A DNA stretch of 64,000 bases, taken from the NCBI GenBank assembly GCA_965215015.1, contig OZ244042.1:3296001-3360000 (forward strand). The letters are read 5' to 3'. Positions 51,252 through 61,366 of this stretch are shown one piece after another (positions within the stretch are counted from its first letter, which is position 1; each line of letters starts with the position of its first letter). The notes under the pieces were generated by a model, which searched no databases, had not been told where the DNA came from, and saw nothing but the letters and a program-made list of their open reading frames with translations. This DNA is from Candidatus Poribacteria bacterium (GTDB lineage Bacteria > Poribacteria > WGA-4E > PCPOR2b). A program made the translations under genes and the position numbers.

Positions 51252-52400
51252 TTAATTATGTTTGATTTTCATGCCGGTGGCAACCATACGTCCCGCGCGC
51301 TCTGCAGCAGTTTCGATGAGTGCCGTTGCATTTTCAATTGCAGTTTCCAGAGACATCGGCTCAGGGACAATATCAATCATCGCGTCAATCCCTGCACCGT
51401 AAACACCACCAGAATCGTCAGCAATACTGCCAGCAATCGCAATCACAGGGATGTTATGCGTCTTTGCAACCTGAGCAACACCGACAGGCGTTTTACCGAA
51501 AACCGTTTGAAAATTAATCTGCCCTTCGCCCGTGATAACAAGATTTGCACCTATGAGCCGTTTGCCCAATCGGGTCGCCTCGGTGACGATTTCAATACCG
51601 GATTTTAGCGATGCGTTCAGGAAAGCCATCAAGCCGGCACCTAAACCGCCGGCGGCACCCGCGCCGGGGACGTTTCCCACAGATTTGCTGAGATCTCGCT
51701 GCAGAATCTCATCAAAATGTGCCAAGTTTGCGTCTAACATCTCAATCATTTCAGGAGTTGCGCCCTTTTGGGGCCCATAAACATGAGAGGCCCCTTGTCC
51801 ACCGGTCAATGGGTTATTGACGTCGCAAGCAACGACGGTTTCTGTTTCAGCAATGCGTGGATCCAATTCGGAGAGGTCAATTGAATTGAGTGCTGCCAGA
51901 TAGCTGCCTCCCGGCTTTATCTGTTCCCCATTTGCTGTGAGCAGCTTTGCACCAAGAGCTTGTGCCATTCCGGCACCGCCATCGTTTGTCGCACTGCCCC
52001 CGATGCCAATGATAAGCTTTTGACAACCCTGCGCTAGCGCGGCTTGGATGAGTTCTCCAGTGCCGTAAGTTGTTGTGACGCGTGGGTCGCGTTTATCAGG
52101 AGGAACGAGCGTCAAACCAGATGCCGCCGCCATTTCTATAACCGCTGTGAGACCATCGCCAAGCACTCCATATTGGGCATCAATTGGGTTGCCAATTGGA
52201 TCCAGCACCCGTGCAGTTAGGACTTCTCCGCCAGTTGCATCAACGAGGGATTGTACCGTGCCTTCACCGCCATCTGCCATTGGCACTTTTTCAATAACCA
52301 CCTCAGGAAACACATGGCGTAAGCCAGTCTCTATTGCTTCTGCTACCTCCAATGCGGTCAGGCTGCCTTTGAACGAATCAGGGGCAATAACGATTTTCAT
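51252..52400 (-). CDS. glxK: Glycerate kinase
   Basis: MKIVIAPDSFKGS, ADGGEG, GIGGSATNDGG, GAAGG, TGEG. Confidence 0.93.
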   Translation of the reverse strand: MKIVIAPDSFKGSLTALEVAEAIETGLRHVFPEVVIEKVPMADGGEGTVQSLVDATGGEVLTARVLDPIGNPIDAQYGVLGDGLTAVIEMAAASGLTLVPPDKRDPRVTTTYGTGELIQAALAQGCQKLIIGIGGSATNDGGAGMAQALGAKLLTANGEQIKPGGSYLAALNSIDLSELDPRIAETETVVACDVNNPLTGGQGASHVYGPQKGATPEMIEMLDANLAHFDEILQRDLSKSVGNVPGAGAAGGLGAGLMAFLNASLKSGIEIVTEATRLGKRLIGANLVITGEGQINFQTVFGKTPVGVAQVAKTHNIPVIAIAGSIADDSGGVYGAGIDAMIDIVPEPMSLETAIENATALIETAAERAGRMVATGMKIKHN

Positions 52401-52584
52401 TACTGAACTCCGGGCATAATGTGCAACGGAATATGGATCAATACACGCACTAACGGATTTATCCATAAACTTGTTTCCTTATTGTGTGAATTCATTGTTT
52501 TATCCTATCACGAGAGGCAAACCTTGTCAAGTGGAAGCACATTAGTGATTCCAAGAGTACAAACAAGAGATTTAAAGATACAAT

Positions 52585-53154
52585 ATGCAAACTATTAATA
52601 GAAATACAAACGCAAAACGCAGAAACACAATTTACTTTGATTTGGAAACACAAAAGTCCGCCCAAGAGGTTGGTGGCTGGTCACATATCGACCAGATGAA
52701 ACTTGCAGTCGCTGTGACGTTCAGCACCGCCGATCAGCGATATACAACCTTCCGAGAGTCCGATGTTGAGCTCCTAATAAATCAACTCACAAAAGCAGAC
52801 TGTATTGTTGGATTCAATCTCAAGGCTTTTGATTACCTTGTCCTCAGTCCATATACACCGGTCAACTTGTGGCAATTGCCAACTTTCGACATGTTGGAGC
52901 ACATCCGTCGTGCACTGGGATTTCGCGTCAGTCTCGATGCACTTGCAAAAGCGACGTTGGGGGAATCTAAATCAGCGGATGGGTTGCAGTCCGTGCGATG
53001 GTGGAAAGCAGGTAGGGCAAATCTGGTTGCGAAATATTGTCGTAAGGATGTCGAAATCACAAAGCGGCTGCATGAGTATGCCTGTCAAAATAAGCATCTT
53101 CTGTTTCGAGGGCGGGATGGTAGGATTCGGCGTGTGAATACAACAAGTTGGTGA
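52585..53154 (+). CDS. Stand-alone RNase H-like (YprB/RNase_H_2) DEDD exonuclease
   Basis: FDLETQ, VGFN...FD, LDALAKATLG, YCRKDV. Confidence 0.82.
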   Translation: MQTINRNTNAKRRNTIYFDLETQKSAQEVGGWSHIDQMKLAVAVTFSTADQRYTTFRESDVELLINQLTKADCIVGFNLKAFDYLVLSPYTPVNLWQLPTFDMLEHIRRALGFRVSLDALAKATLGESKSADGLQSVRWWKAGRANLVAKYCRKDVEITKRLHEYACQNKHLLFRGRDGRIRRVNTTSW

Positions 53155-53317
53155 ATTGATGTAATGCGGTTCTTTGTTATCCCCGTTATTGCAAAATCTG
53201 AGGACGTTCAACACTTTGGATGACAGGGACGCGGCGGAGAGAACGTCAGGACTTCATCGTAGAAACCTCTTTTTTCCTAAATATTGCTATTATTGAAAAT
53301 CTGAACTCAGATTCTAT

Positions 53318-53346
53318 TTGACAAAATCGGTATTGTTACATATAAT
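53318..53346 (+). promoter_or_regulatory. Consensus sigma70 promoter
   Basis: TTGACA (53318-23), 17 nt, TATAAT (53341-46). Confidence 0.8.
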
Positions 53347-53389
53347 GTGAGGCGTATTCGATTGTGATCTGAAAGGGGGTGTAACCTAA

Positions 53390-53773
53390 ATGCACATACT
53401 AAAGCTCACACTAATCTGTTGCATAGCGATGCTGCTTGCTGTTGGCTGTGCTTCAGAGAAGAAGATAGAACAAGCGACTGAGACAACACAACCCGCAACC
53501 ACAGAAGCAGATACCACTGCAAGCACGGATATGTCCGCAGCAGCACCGGCGGCTCATGAGCAAATCACGTTAAACGTTAATGGGCTGACGTGAGGTGGTT
53601 GTGTAGCCAAAGTGCGGTCTGCACTTACGAGCGTTCCCGGTGTGATTAGTGCCGATGTTCTTCAAACAGATGGTAAAGCCATCGTCAAGCTGGAGAAAGG
53701 CAAAGCCACCGCTGTCCAATTGACCGATGCTGTCGAAAAAGCGGGTTTCAGCGCAGAAACCGCAACAAATTAG
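53390..53773 (+). CDS. Probable selenoprotein: lipoprotein with heavy-metal-associated (HMA, CopZ/MerP-like) domain, UxxC motif
   Basis: Lipobox LAVG-C. Reading through TGA 53591-93 gives LNVNGLT-U-GGCVAKVRSALTSVPGVISADV...LTDAVEKAGF, 127 aa, ending at TAG 53771-73. Confidence 0.88.
53610..53626 (+). promoter_or_regulatory. Bacterial SECIS element
   Basis: aagtgc-ggtct-gcactt hairpin, loop 22 nt after UGA; resembles the E. coli fdhF apical stem GCAGGUCUGC. Confidence 0.8.
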
Positions 53774-53795
53774 TCAGTTCCTACAGTTAAAGCGT

Positions 53796-53841
53796 GAACG
53801 GAAGGTTTGGCCTCGAATCGAGGGGCAGATACCTTCCGTTC
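53796..53841. terminator. Strong hairpin between convergent genes
   Basis: gaacggaaggt ... accttccgttc with inner cctcga/tcgagg; no long U tract. Confidence 0.5.
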
Positions 53842-53902
53842 TTCCACTTCGTCCTACCCTCACAACATAATTGGTGATTCCTTGATGAAACCTGCCCTCG
53901 GA

Positions 53903-55747
53903 TCACTGCATCCCTTCCATTTGCTGCAGCCCGACGAACATGGTGATGATTTCCTTAAAATCGCCGAGGGAGATAAATAATTCTCCTGCAACCCCCCCCT
54001 CCCGATTTTGGCTGGCAATACCGATACTGTAAGTTTCGGGAATGTTTACCAAAAACATCTGAATCATACCAACGCCCGGATCCGCTTGAGCAAAGATTTG
54101 TACGAGACTCTTGACTGCTGTGATAAGTGAAAGACCAAGGAACATGTTGTTTTTCAGGGTCAGCTCACCGGTCAGCTTGGCATAGCCTGCCCCTTGATCA
54201 AAGCCTGCCCCTATACCGGCCATTCGGTCTAGGGTGTCTTTGACCGGCTGGGCATTCGCTGCTGTCGCGTAGAGAAGTTTGCCATCGTTGATGGCATAGT
54301 AGATATTCCACTGTTCTGGAGCGACAGCTTCCATCCCGAGCGGAGGTTCAGCGAAAAGGGAGGTAATATTTGGCAGCACGTAATTTTTAATCTCCACACC
54401 GTTGTATATTTCAGGGGGCCCTGCTGATACATCCCCGTACATGCCGGCGACTTCCGGTCCCGCTCCCAGTGCTTCAAATAGTCCTGTAAAAGCACTCAAA
54501 TGTTCGATGAAATCTTTCTCCAGGTACGCTTTAACCTGCTTTTCGTCCGTCACATTGTAGATGTATAAGCAGTCAGGCATCAGGCTTCCGCTGAAATTGG
54601 CAGAAAAGGCGATCCCGTCTCCCAAACCTTTGTAGAAATTTGTCAAGGCTTCAGTAGCTGCCTCGGATGCTTTTTCGATTTCCGCTGTATCTGCGTTTGG
54701 ATCCGAAGGGGTAACTAACTTCACCATCGTTTGTGTGAACTCAATGAGCATCTCCTTCTGAAATTGCATTTCACCGTTGAGAAACGCATGTTGGGGCAGG
54801 TATTTGAGGTGTGTCAGCTCTCGCGGCATTTGGCGGATATATGTTTGGATTTCACTATCCGGCTTAAATTTGAGGAATGGAGAAATTTGTAGGTCGCTGC
54901 CGTTGAGCTGCACGGTAAGGCTCAAGGTCTTTGACTGATCCAATAGCCATATGCCACCGTCAATTAGACTTTCAGCATGTCCTAAGCCGACGCGGAGTTC
55001 TGGATCCGCTTCTACGCTTCCCTTCATTTCTGCCTTTAATTCTTCCGCTTTCTGAGTTAGCGTAGGCTGAAGGGCTTCCGTAATAGCATCCATTGCAAAA
55101 TAAAAGATTAGATCATTCTCACCAGATGTAGTATCGAGCTTAAACGACTGAAAATCGGTATTAGTAGCAATAGATGGCATCGCTTTCTTCCGGGTATCAA
55201 TGACCTTTTCACAGACCGCTGCTGAACCCGAATAGACCATCACATCGTCCATCAGAACAAACGCGCCAGCCTCACCTGTGGTATAATATTTCACACCGTT
55301 ATGGGTAACTGCACTACTGCCTTCCGCTTCCATTTCGATTAGCTGTTTGACACTTTCTGCATCTTTAACATGAACGGCGGCGGAGGGCACCGGTGGATTC
55401 ACACCGGAAAGAAACACTGCGAAGTTTCTTCGCAGATCCAAGCCCAGTTCCTCCAATTCCTCTAGCGTCTCAAAACCTGCACTAAAAGTGTCTGCCAACA
55501 CCTTAGCGGGCAGTTCTTGCGGTGGGTCTGAAGGAATCATTTCTACAAGAAGTGAATTAATTTCGTCGTTGAGTCCGAGTAAGTTCGGGATGTAAATCAC
55601 CCCAACGGTGTCTTGTGGGATGACATTCAAAACACTGTCAGGAGCGACATCGGGAATCCCTGCGCTCTCTTCGCCGCTGCAATTCAATACCATGATGCCA
55701 GTCAGCAAGATTAGGGTTATGACAGTTAAACGACAGGACATTTTCAT
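53903..55747 (-). CDS. Exported acidic protein, probable lipoprotein (DUF3352-like)
   Basis: Signal peptide ending VLNC; 614-aa ORF; RBS aaggag. Confidence 0.6.
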   Translation of the reverse strand: MKMSCRLTVITLILLTGIMVLNCSGEESAGIPDVAPDSVLNVIPQDTVGVIYIPNLLGLNDEINSLLVEMIPSDPPQELPAKVLADTFSAGFETLEELEELGLDLRRNFAVFLSGVNPPVPSAAVHVKDAESVKQLIEMEAEGSSAVTHNGVKYYTTGEAGAFVLMDDVMVYSGSAAVCEKVIDTRKKAMPSIATNTDFQSFKLDTTSGENDLIFYFAMDAITEALQPTLTQKAEELKAEMKGSVEADPELRVGLGHAESLIDGGIWLLDQSKTLSLTVQLNGSDLQISPFLKFKPDSEIQTYIRQMPRELTHLKYLPQHAFLNGEMQFQKEMLIEFTQTMVKLVTPSDPNADTAEIEKASEAATEALTNFYKGLGDGIAFSANFSGSLMPDCLYIYNVTDEKQVKAYLEKDFIEHLSAFTGLFEALGAGPEVAGMYGDVSAGPPEIYNGVEIKNYVLPNITSLFAEPPLGMEAVAPEQWNIYYAINDGKLLYATAANAQPVKDTLDRMAGIGAGFDQGAGYAKLTGELTLKNNMFLGLSLITAVKSLVQIFAQADPGVGMIQMFLVNIPETYSIGIASQNREGGVAGELFISLGDFKEIITMFVGLQQMEGMQ

Positions 55748-55846
55748 GAGTTATTTCTCCTTTGTAAGGGTAGGTTGGTAGGTGTATAGAACTGATGTTG
55801 GCATCATGCTGTGGTGCAATATGCTTAAGGTTTCAGTGGATTCGGA

Positions 55847-56959
55847 TTAGTTATGCCTCTTTGTCGCTTCAATTTTTTCTGCTAGGCTATCGATCGCTAC
55901 GTTAGAAGTCAGAATACCGATTTCAACTTCATAATGTCTACGTCCACCCGGTTCAATAAATTCCAGCGTTCCTCGTTCTCTTTCCTTTGATCTGCCATCA
56001 ACCCAGCAGTTCGCTGGTTCCAAACCAATGACATAGAGTCCTTCACCGTTCATCTTCCACTGAACGAATTTGGGAAGCTGCGTTTTATGGTATCTCACGT
56101 ACAACCCCAGGCCTTGTCCATTGTTGAACGCCCGATTGACCAAAGCAACATAGATATGGTTATCCTCATCTGCTTCCATTTCATGGTAATATACTTCTTC
56201 ATGAAAATCGACGGTAGGTGCTTCGCACCGTGCATGGTCACTCAACTTTCCTGCCGAGTGCTTATCCATTGGCTGCACTTGTGTGGAAGGCGCAATCAGC
56301 TCGGACCCTTCAGCGACAATTGGAAATCCCGGATTGATATGGAATAGGTACATGTGCGGTGTATCTTGATAGCCAAGGTTCTCAATAATATCTTCGATAT
56401 GGAGTTTCGTTGCACCCAGTTCTGTCCAAATACGACGGGTTCGACAGAGGTTTTCATCTGCGACCGTTGTCTCCGTTACTTTACCTTGAGCCCACATAAT
56501 ATATCGATCTCCCTCCCAGCGGCTATCAATCCATACATTCTGGGCGGGAATATAAGATACACGACCGTGCAAGCCAAGTGACTCTTCATCATCGGTGTCC
56601 GGTTCCCCAAGGTATGTCATGCCGCAGGTGGTTAGCAAGCCACCAAAGAATCCGCGCAGCCATCCATTTCCCTCCGGCTCATAATAGGTTGGTGCTACAT
56701 CGCCGGTGCTCGATCGCCAGCACAGTGGAATACCGTTGTATTCGGCATAAGAGATATCCAATCCACGGTCTGGTAGGACAGTAAAATTTAACCCGGAGCC
56801 TGTCCGGAAATCAACACCAGCCACTCCCTTCTCAGTTCCACTTGCTAATTCATATCCTTTCACACCAGCAATCTGAGAAATATCTCCGACGTGCCGAAGC
56901 AGTTGTAGGCGATGGTATTCCTCACCGTATAATTTGATCACATCTATCTCTCCTTTCAT
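55847..56959 (-). CDS. DUF4432 / aldose 1-epimerase-like protein
   Basis: LPDRGLDI, GGLLTTCG, LHGR, HINPG, GLEP. Confidence 0.85.
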   Translation of the reverse strand: MKGEIDVIKLYGEEYHRLQLLRHVGDISQIAGVKGYELASGTEKGVAGVDFRTGSGLNFTVLPDRGLDISYAEYNGIPLCWRSSTGDVAPTYYEPEGNGWLRGFFGGLLTTCGMTYLGEPDTDDEESLGLHGRVSYIPAQNVWIDSRWEGDRYIMWAQGKVTETTVADENLCRTRRIWTELGATKLHIEDIIENLGYQDTPHMYLFHINPGFPIVAEGSELIAPSTQVQPMDKHSAGKLSDHARCEAPTVDFHEEVYYHEMEADEDNHIYVALVNRAFNNGQGLGLYVRYHKTQLPKFVQWKMNGEGLYVIGLEPANCWVDGRSKERERGTLEFIEPGGRRHYEVEIGILTSNVAIDSLAEKIEATKRHN

Positions 56960-57045
56960 TTTTTAATTTCTATCAACTTATCTCTACCTATAGAGGGCTG
57001 CATCTATTATAGGAATTAGGCAGTTGACCAATCAGAGCCTTGGGC

Positions 57046-57265
57046 TAGGTTCTGTTGACATTTACGTGAGGTGTGCGAATGCGAGGCATAGTATACAATG
57101 GGTTGGAAGCCCCAACCCCTACGGCGTGAACCGTGTTTACATGGCATAAAGTAAGCTGCACAGGCAACCAGAGAAACCGTCGGGGCTTTGTTCACCCGCT
57201 CGTGCCCCCTCTCACTCTTGTCGGTCGAGATTCATATCTCAACGCCCCAATGTCAACACCTCCTA
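57046..57265. mobile_element. MITE-like family 2 element
   Basis: taggttctgttgacattt ... aatgtcaacacctccta; internal REP ending acccctac. Confidence 0.55.
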
Positions 57266-57485
57266 ATTCCCGTAGTAGCGCAGATTTCATCAAGGGCAGT
57301 CAGTGGGCGATCGCAGGTTGTGTGCCTACGAATGGATTTCTATTGTCGTATACCAAAGTCCTACTCATACGCCGCATGAAATAGGACATGATTTTTGTAA
57401 TTGAAGTGCGTAAGTCCTACACAATATTTACATGCGATTGCCCTGTCTCTACCTATGTGTCAGATTTGTGTCAATAGCAGCAACC

Positions 57486-58730
57486 TTATTCGTGCCGTAA
57501 AGCCTCTGTTGGCATCAACCGTGCCGCCTTATAGGCAGGAAGAATACCAAATACTATACCGATAAACGCGGAAGAACCGAAAGCAACAGCTGCAGCCCAT
57601 AACGATACCACTGCAGGCCATTCCGTCTCTTTGATGAGAAAAGTTGTGACTCCCCAGGCAACCACAAAAGTAATGAACCCGCTAATGAGAATCCCAATCA
57701 GTCCTCCAGAAACGCTTAGAACAACTGATTCGATTAGAAACTGTTGCAAAATATCGCGGTGTCGTGCACCAACAGCTTTGCGCAGCCCTATTTCTCGTGT
57801 ACGTTCCGTAACGGAAACTAACATGATATTCATGATACCGATGCCGCCAACTAATAACGAGATACTCGCAACACCACCGAGCAGAATCTTAAGGACCTGG
57901 CTGACTTGTCCAACCTGCTCTAAGACCGCCTTTGCGGTGTAAAATTGGAAGTGTTCTTCAGAACCGTGCCGGCGACGCAGGGTAATCATCACTTCTGCTA
58001 GTGCCTGATCCACTTTTTCAAAGCTCTCCGCTTTCATCCACAGTTCAAACCCTCGTTTCTGATCGCCGATAAAACGTGTCCACATCGTCGTAAACGGAAT
58101 AATCAACCTTTTATCCCACCCCTCCGTCGCCATTTTATCCCCTTTCTCCTGCATTACCCCGACGACGGTAAATCGCTGCCTACCAATTTTTAATTCCTGA
58201 CCAATTGGATCTGTTTTGCCAAATAAATCCCTCTGGACTTCCGTCCCAATCACGCATACCGACTCGTTCCGATCCAAATCCGCCTGTTGGATAAAACGCC
58301 CGGATTCGACATACCAATTGTGTACCTCTTGATACAGCGGCGTAACACCTTCAAAGCGGAAATGCTTCATCTCGCCTTTGTATGATATAGGCTGCGCCAT
58401 CGTATCAATGTCGGCTGTAATGCTTTTCACCGAGGGGCAGGACACCATAATCGCATCTAAGTCTTCGTATTCAAGGTACACCGGGGCTTTATTCTGGACC
58501 CATGTGCCATCCTCCCTCTGGATCCAGTTCGGTCGGAAACAGATAATTAAATCGGACCCACCCATTCGCTCAAATTCTGCTAGGACTAAAAACTTTGCTC
58601 CGCCACCAATCGAAACCATGCCAACCACCGCAGAAATACCGATGATGATACCAAGCATCGTTAGCAGGGACCTGAGTTTATTCCGTCTCAGGGCAGCCAA
58701 CCCAATGAACAAGCTTTGTATGATGTGCAT
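57486..58730 (-). CDS. MacB/FtsX-type ABC permease
   Basis: RSLLTMLGIIIG, GGIGIMNIMLVSVTERTREIGLRKAVGA, PAYKAA. Confidence 0.93.
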   Translation of the reverse strand: MHIIQSLFIGLAALRRNKLRSLLTMLGIIIGISAVVGMVSIGGGAKFLVLAEFERMGGSDLIICFRPNWIQREDGTWVQNKAPVYLEYEDLDAIMVSCPSVKSITADIDTMAQPISYKGEMKHFRFEGVTPLYQEVHNWYVESGRFIQQADLDRNESVCVIGTEVQRDLFGKTDPIGQELKIGRQRFTVVGVMQEKGDKMATEGWDKRLIIPFTTMWTRFIGDQKRGFELWMKAESFEKVDQALAEVMITLRRRHGSEEHFQFYTAKAVLEQVGQVSQVLKILLGGVASISLLVGGIGIMNIMLVSVTERTREIGLRKAVGARHRDILQQFLIESVVLSVSGGLIGILISGFITFVVAWGVTTFLIKETEWPAVVSLWAAAVAFGSSAFIGIVFGILPAYKAARLMPTEALRHE

Positions 58731-59126
58731 TAAATTCCTCCTTATCTTGTGCGTTCACCTCTGTGTATACACTGAGACGAAATTTAAGAACTAAGGATTA
58801 ACACCCACCATGAGTGAAGCGTGAAACGTGAAAACCATTTGTTCCTGAAATTATTAGTTCATGTCGGTTTCGATCCTGATCTTATCGGGGAATGGATTTA
58901 TGAACCCATGAAGGATGTGGAAACGACAATCTCGCCAACCAGCACCACGGGTTATTACTATCGGCATTCAATCTAGCAGGCGTTGCGGCCAGCTTTCTCC
59001 GAATTTGCTTCTTAACCCTTTTCAAGACCGTTGGGGTTGTTCCTTCAGTCGGACAGAAAGATGGTACTCTCAATGCGACTTAAAGATTATAGCACGATTT
59101 ACAGAAGACTGAAACAACATTCCGAA

Positions 59127-59155
59127 TTGACACTATATTGGATTTTTGGTAAAAT
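59127..59155 (+). promoter_or_regulatory. Putative sigma70 promoter
   Basis: TTGACA-17-TAAAAT upstream of the VOC gene. Confidence 0.6.
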
Positions 59156-59205
59156 GCTTGGAGGCAGTGAACATATCCAATGACGTGCAACCTTGAGGAG
59201 GCGGC

Positions 59206-59673
59206 ATGAAAATTACCGGCGCGCACCATACCAGTTACACTGTTTCTAACCTTGAGCGTTCGCTTGAATTCTATGTCGAGTTGCTCGGCTGCAAAGTCAT
59301 TTGGCAGCGCGAGAATCGAGATCAATACTTTCGCGATATTGTAGGCTACCCCGATAGTGCTGCAAAGATGGCTATGTTGAGTGTTCCCGGTTCCACGCAC
59401 GCCATCGAATTAATTGAGTACGTCGTCCCGCGCGGTGTCTCTGCCGATGTTCGCACGAAAAATGTGGGCAGCTCGCACATCGCGTTTCTGGTTGATGATT
59501 TGCAGGCAGCGTATGAAGAATTGTGCGCCGCAGGTGTGCAGTTCCGTTCGCCCCCCGTTGAGATAACGGCAGGTGCGAATAAAGGTGCTAAGGCGGTTTA
59601 TATGATAGATCCGGACGGCATTACGATGGAGTTTTTCCAACCGTCGAAAGCAGAGGCGGAAAGTGAAACATGA
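59206..59673 (+). CDS. VOC/glyoxalase family protein
   Basis: HHTSYTVSNLERSLEFY, IELIEY, HIAF, DPDGITME. Confidence 0.9.
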   Translation: MKITGAHHTSYTVSNLERSLEFYVELLGCKVIWQRENRDQYFRDIVGYPDSAAKMAMLSVPGSTHAIELIEYVVPRGVSADVRTKNVGSSHIAFLVDDLQAAYEELCAAGVQFRSPPVEITAGANKGAKAVYMIDPDGITMEFFQPSKAEAESET

Positions 59674-59812
59674 AGTATGAAACGTGATGCGTGGATTGGC
59701 TCATTAGTAAGTTAGTAGATTGGTTCATGGTCTCATTAAAATAATGAATACTCGAATGATGTGGAAACGACAGCTTCACCAACTCGCACTCGCACCAAAA
59801 GTTAATAAAAGT

Positions 59813-59967
59813 GGTTCGTGTTAAAAAATGGTGCAACAGCCCCCGAGTTTTTTCTTAAAAACGTCGGGTTCAAATACCAATCGTGTTGGAAGCTGATATT
59901 TGGTGAATTGAGCCAAGACGGTTGCGCGATATTCCGGGTATTTTTGCACTTTACTTTTGACATAAGC
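59813..59967. mobile_element. MITE-like family 3 element, copy 3
   Basis: ggttcgtgttaaaaaatggtgcaa ... ttgcactttacttttgacataagc. Confidence 0.75.
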
Positions 59968-60025
59968 TATAAAATGGCATAAGCTATAAAAAGCTATAAA
60001 AGTTAGCAGCCAATAAGGAGGTAGT

Positions 60026-61366
60026 ATGGACAAGCAAGCATTACAAAATTCGCTAGATAGCTTGGTCACGGAATATGTAGCTAACAACCCACGCTCGCGG
60101 GAGATGTTTGAACGGGCACAGGAATCGTTGCCGGGGGGTAACACTCGTACCGGCGCGTATATGCAGCCCTTCCCAATTTATATAGAACGCGGTGAAGGTG
60201 CCTATTTTTACGACCTAGACGGTCATCGTCTGTTGGACTTTGTCAATAATAACACTGCCTTGATTCTGGGCCACGCTCACCCTGCAATTGTGGAGGCACT
60301 TCAAGATCGAGTCGCTAAAGGAACAGCGTTCTCTCGACCAACAGCCCTTGAAGTCGAAATGGCAGAATTGCTGCGGGAACGGGTGCCATCCTTGGAACAG
60401 ATTCGTTTCTGCAGCTCAGGGACTGAAGCGGTGCTGAATGCGCTGCGAGTTGCTAGGGCGTTTACTGGAAAACGTAAAATTGCTAGATTTGAAGGGGCGT
60501 ATCATGGTGTGGGTGAATACGCGCTAGTTAGCTATGTGCCTCCGCTGGGCCCAGACTTGGGTCCCGCGAATCGCCCTCGGTCAGTTCCTTCGACAGCGGG
60601 GCTTTCACCGGCAATTCTTGAAGAGGTATTGGTGCTGCCATTTAACGACGCGGATGCCTGTGCAGAAATCATCAACGAGAACGCTGATAATTTGGCAGCT
60701 GTGATTGTAGATCCGTTGGCAACGGGTGCGGGCACCTGCCTCCCAGTCGATGGTTTTCTGTCCCACTTGAGAGAGCTTACGACGCAGACAGATGCGCTGC
60801 TGATTTTTGATGAGATTATCAGCTTCAGAGCTTCCCGCGGCGGTGCACAGGAACTCTACGACGTAAGACCTGACTTGACATGCATGGCAAAAGTCATTGC
60901 AGGCGGTACACCGGGGGCAGCTTTTGGTGGGCGCGCTGATGTGATGGGACTGTATAATCCCACCTCTGGAGCGAAGATTCCCCAGTCAGGAACTTACAAC
61001 GCGAATCCTATGGCTATGGTCGCCGGGCTCGTCGCACTCCAAATGATGACGCCGGAGGCATACGAAAAGATCGGTGCGCTGACGCAACGGTTAGGAACGG
61101 AATTGGAATCAGCATTTGCTGAGGTAGGAGTCGAGGCTCAGGTTACTGTCGTCGGATCGCTTTTCCGCGTCCACTTCATGCCCCACGCTCCACGGAACTA
61201 TCGAGAAGCCGCGGAAGACGACAAGCTAATGCAAGATTATCTCTTCTTCTGGCTTCTTAACCACGGGATTCATTGGACAAGCGGTGGAAATGTGTCGCTC
61301 CCAATGACGGAGGCACATATCAACAGCTTGGTATCTGAAGTTCGGAATGCGTTTGAACAGTTTTAA
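60026..61366 (+). CDS. Class III aminotransferase, glutamate-1-semialdehyde aminomutase-like
   Basis: LPGGNTR, SGTEA, GAYHG, LIFDEI, AKVIAGG, SGTYNANP. Confidence 0.88.
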   Translation: MDKQALQNSLDSLVTEYVANNPRSREMFERAQESLPGGNTRTGAYMQPFPIYIERGEGAYFYDLDGHRLLDFVNNNTALILGHAHPAIVEALQDRVAKGTAFSRPTALEVEMAELLRERVPSLEQIRFCSSGTEAVLNALRVARAFTGKRKIARFEGAYHGVGEYALVSYVPPLGPDLGPANRPRSVPSTAGLSPAILEEVLVLPFNDADACAEIINENADNLAAVIVDPLATGAGTCLPVDGFLSHLRELTTQTDALLIFDEIISFRASRGGAQELYDVRPDLTCMAKVIAGGTPGAAFGGRADVMGLYNPTSGAKIPQSGTYNANPMAMVAGLVALQMMTPEAYEKIGALTQRLGTELESAFAEVGVEAQVTVVGSLFRVHFMPHAPRNYREAAEDDKLMQDYLFFWLLNHGIHWTSGGNVSLPMTEAHINSLVSEVRNAFEQF

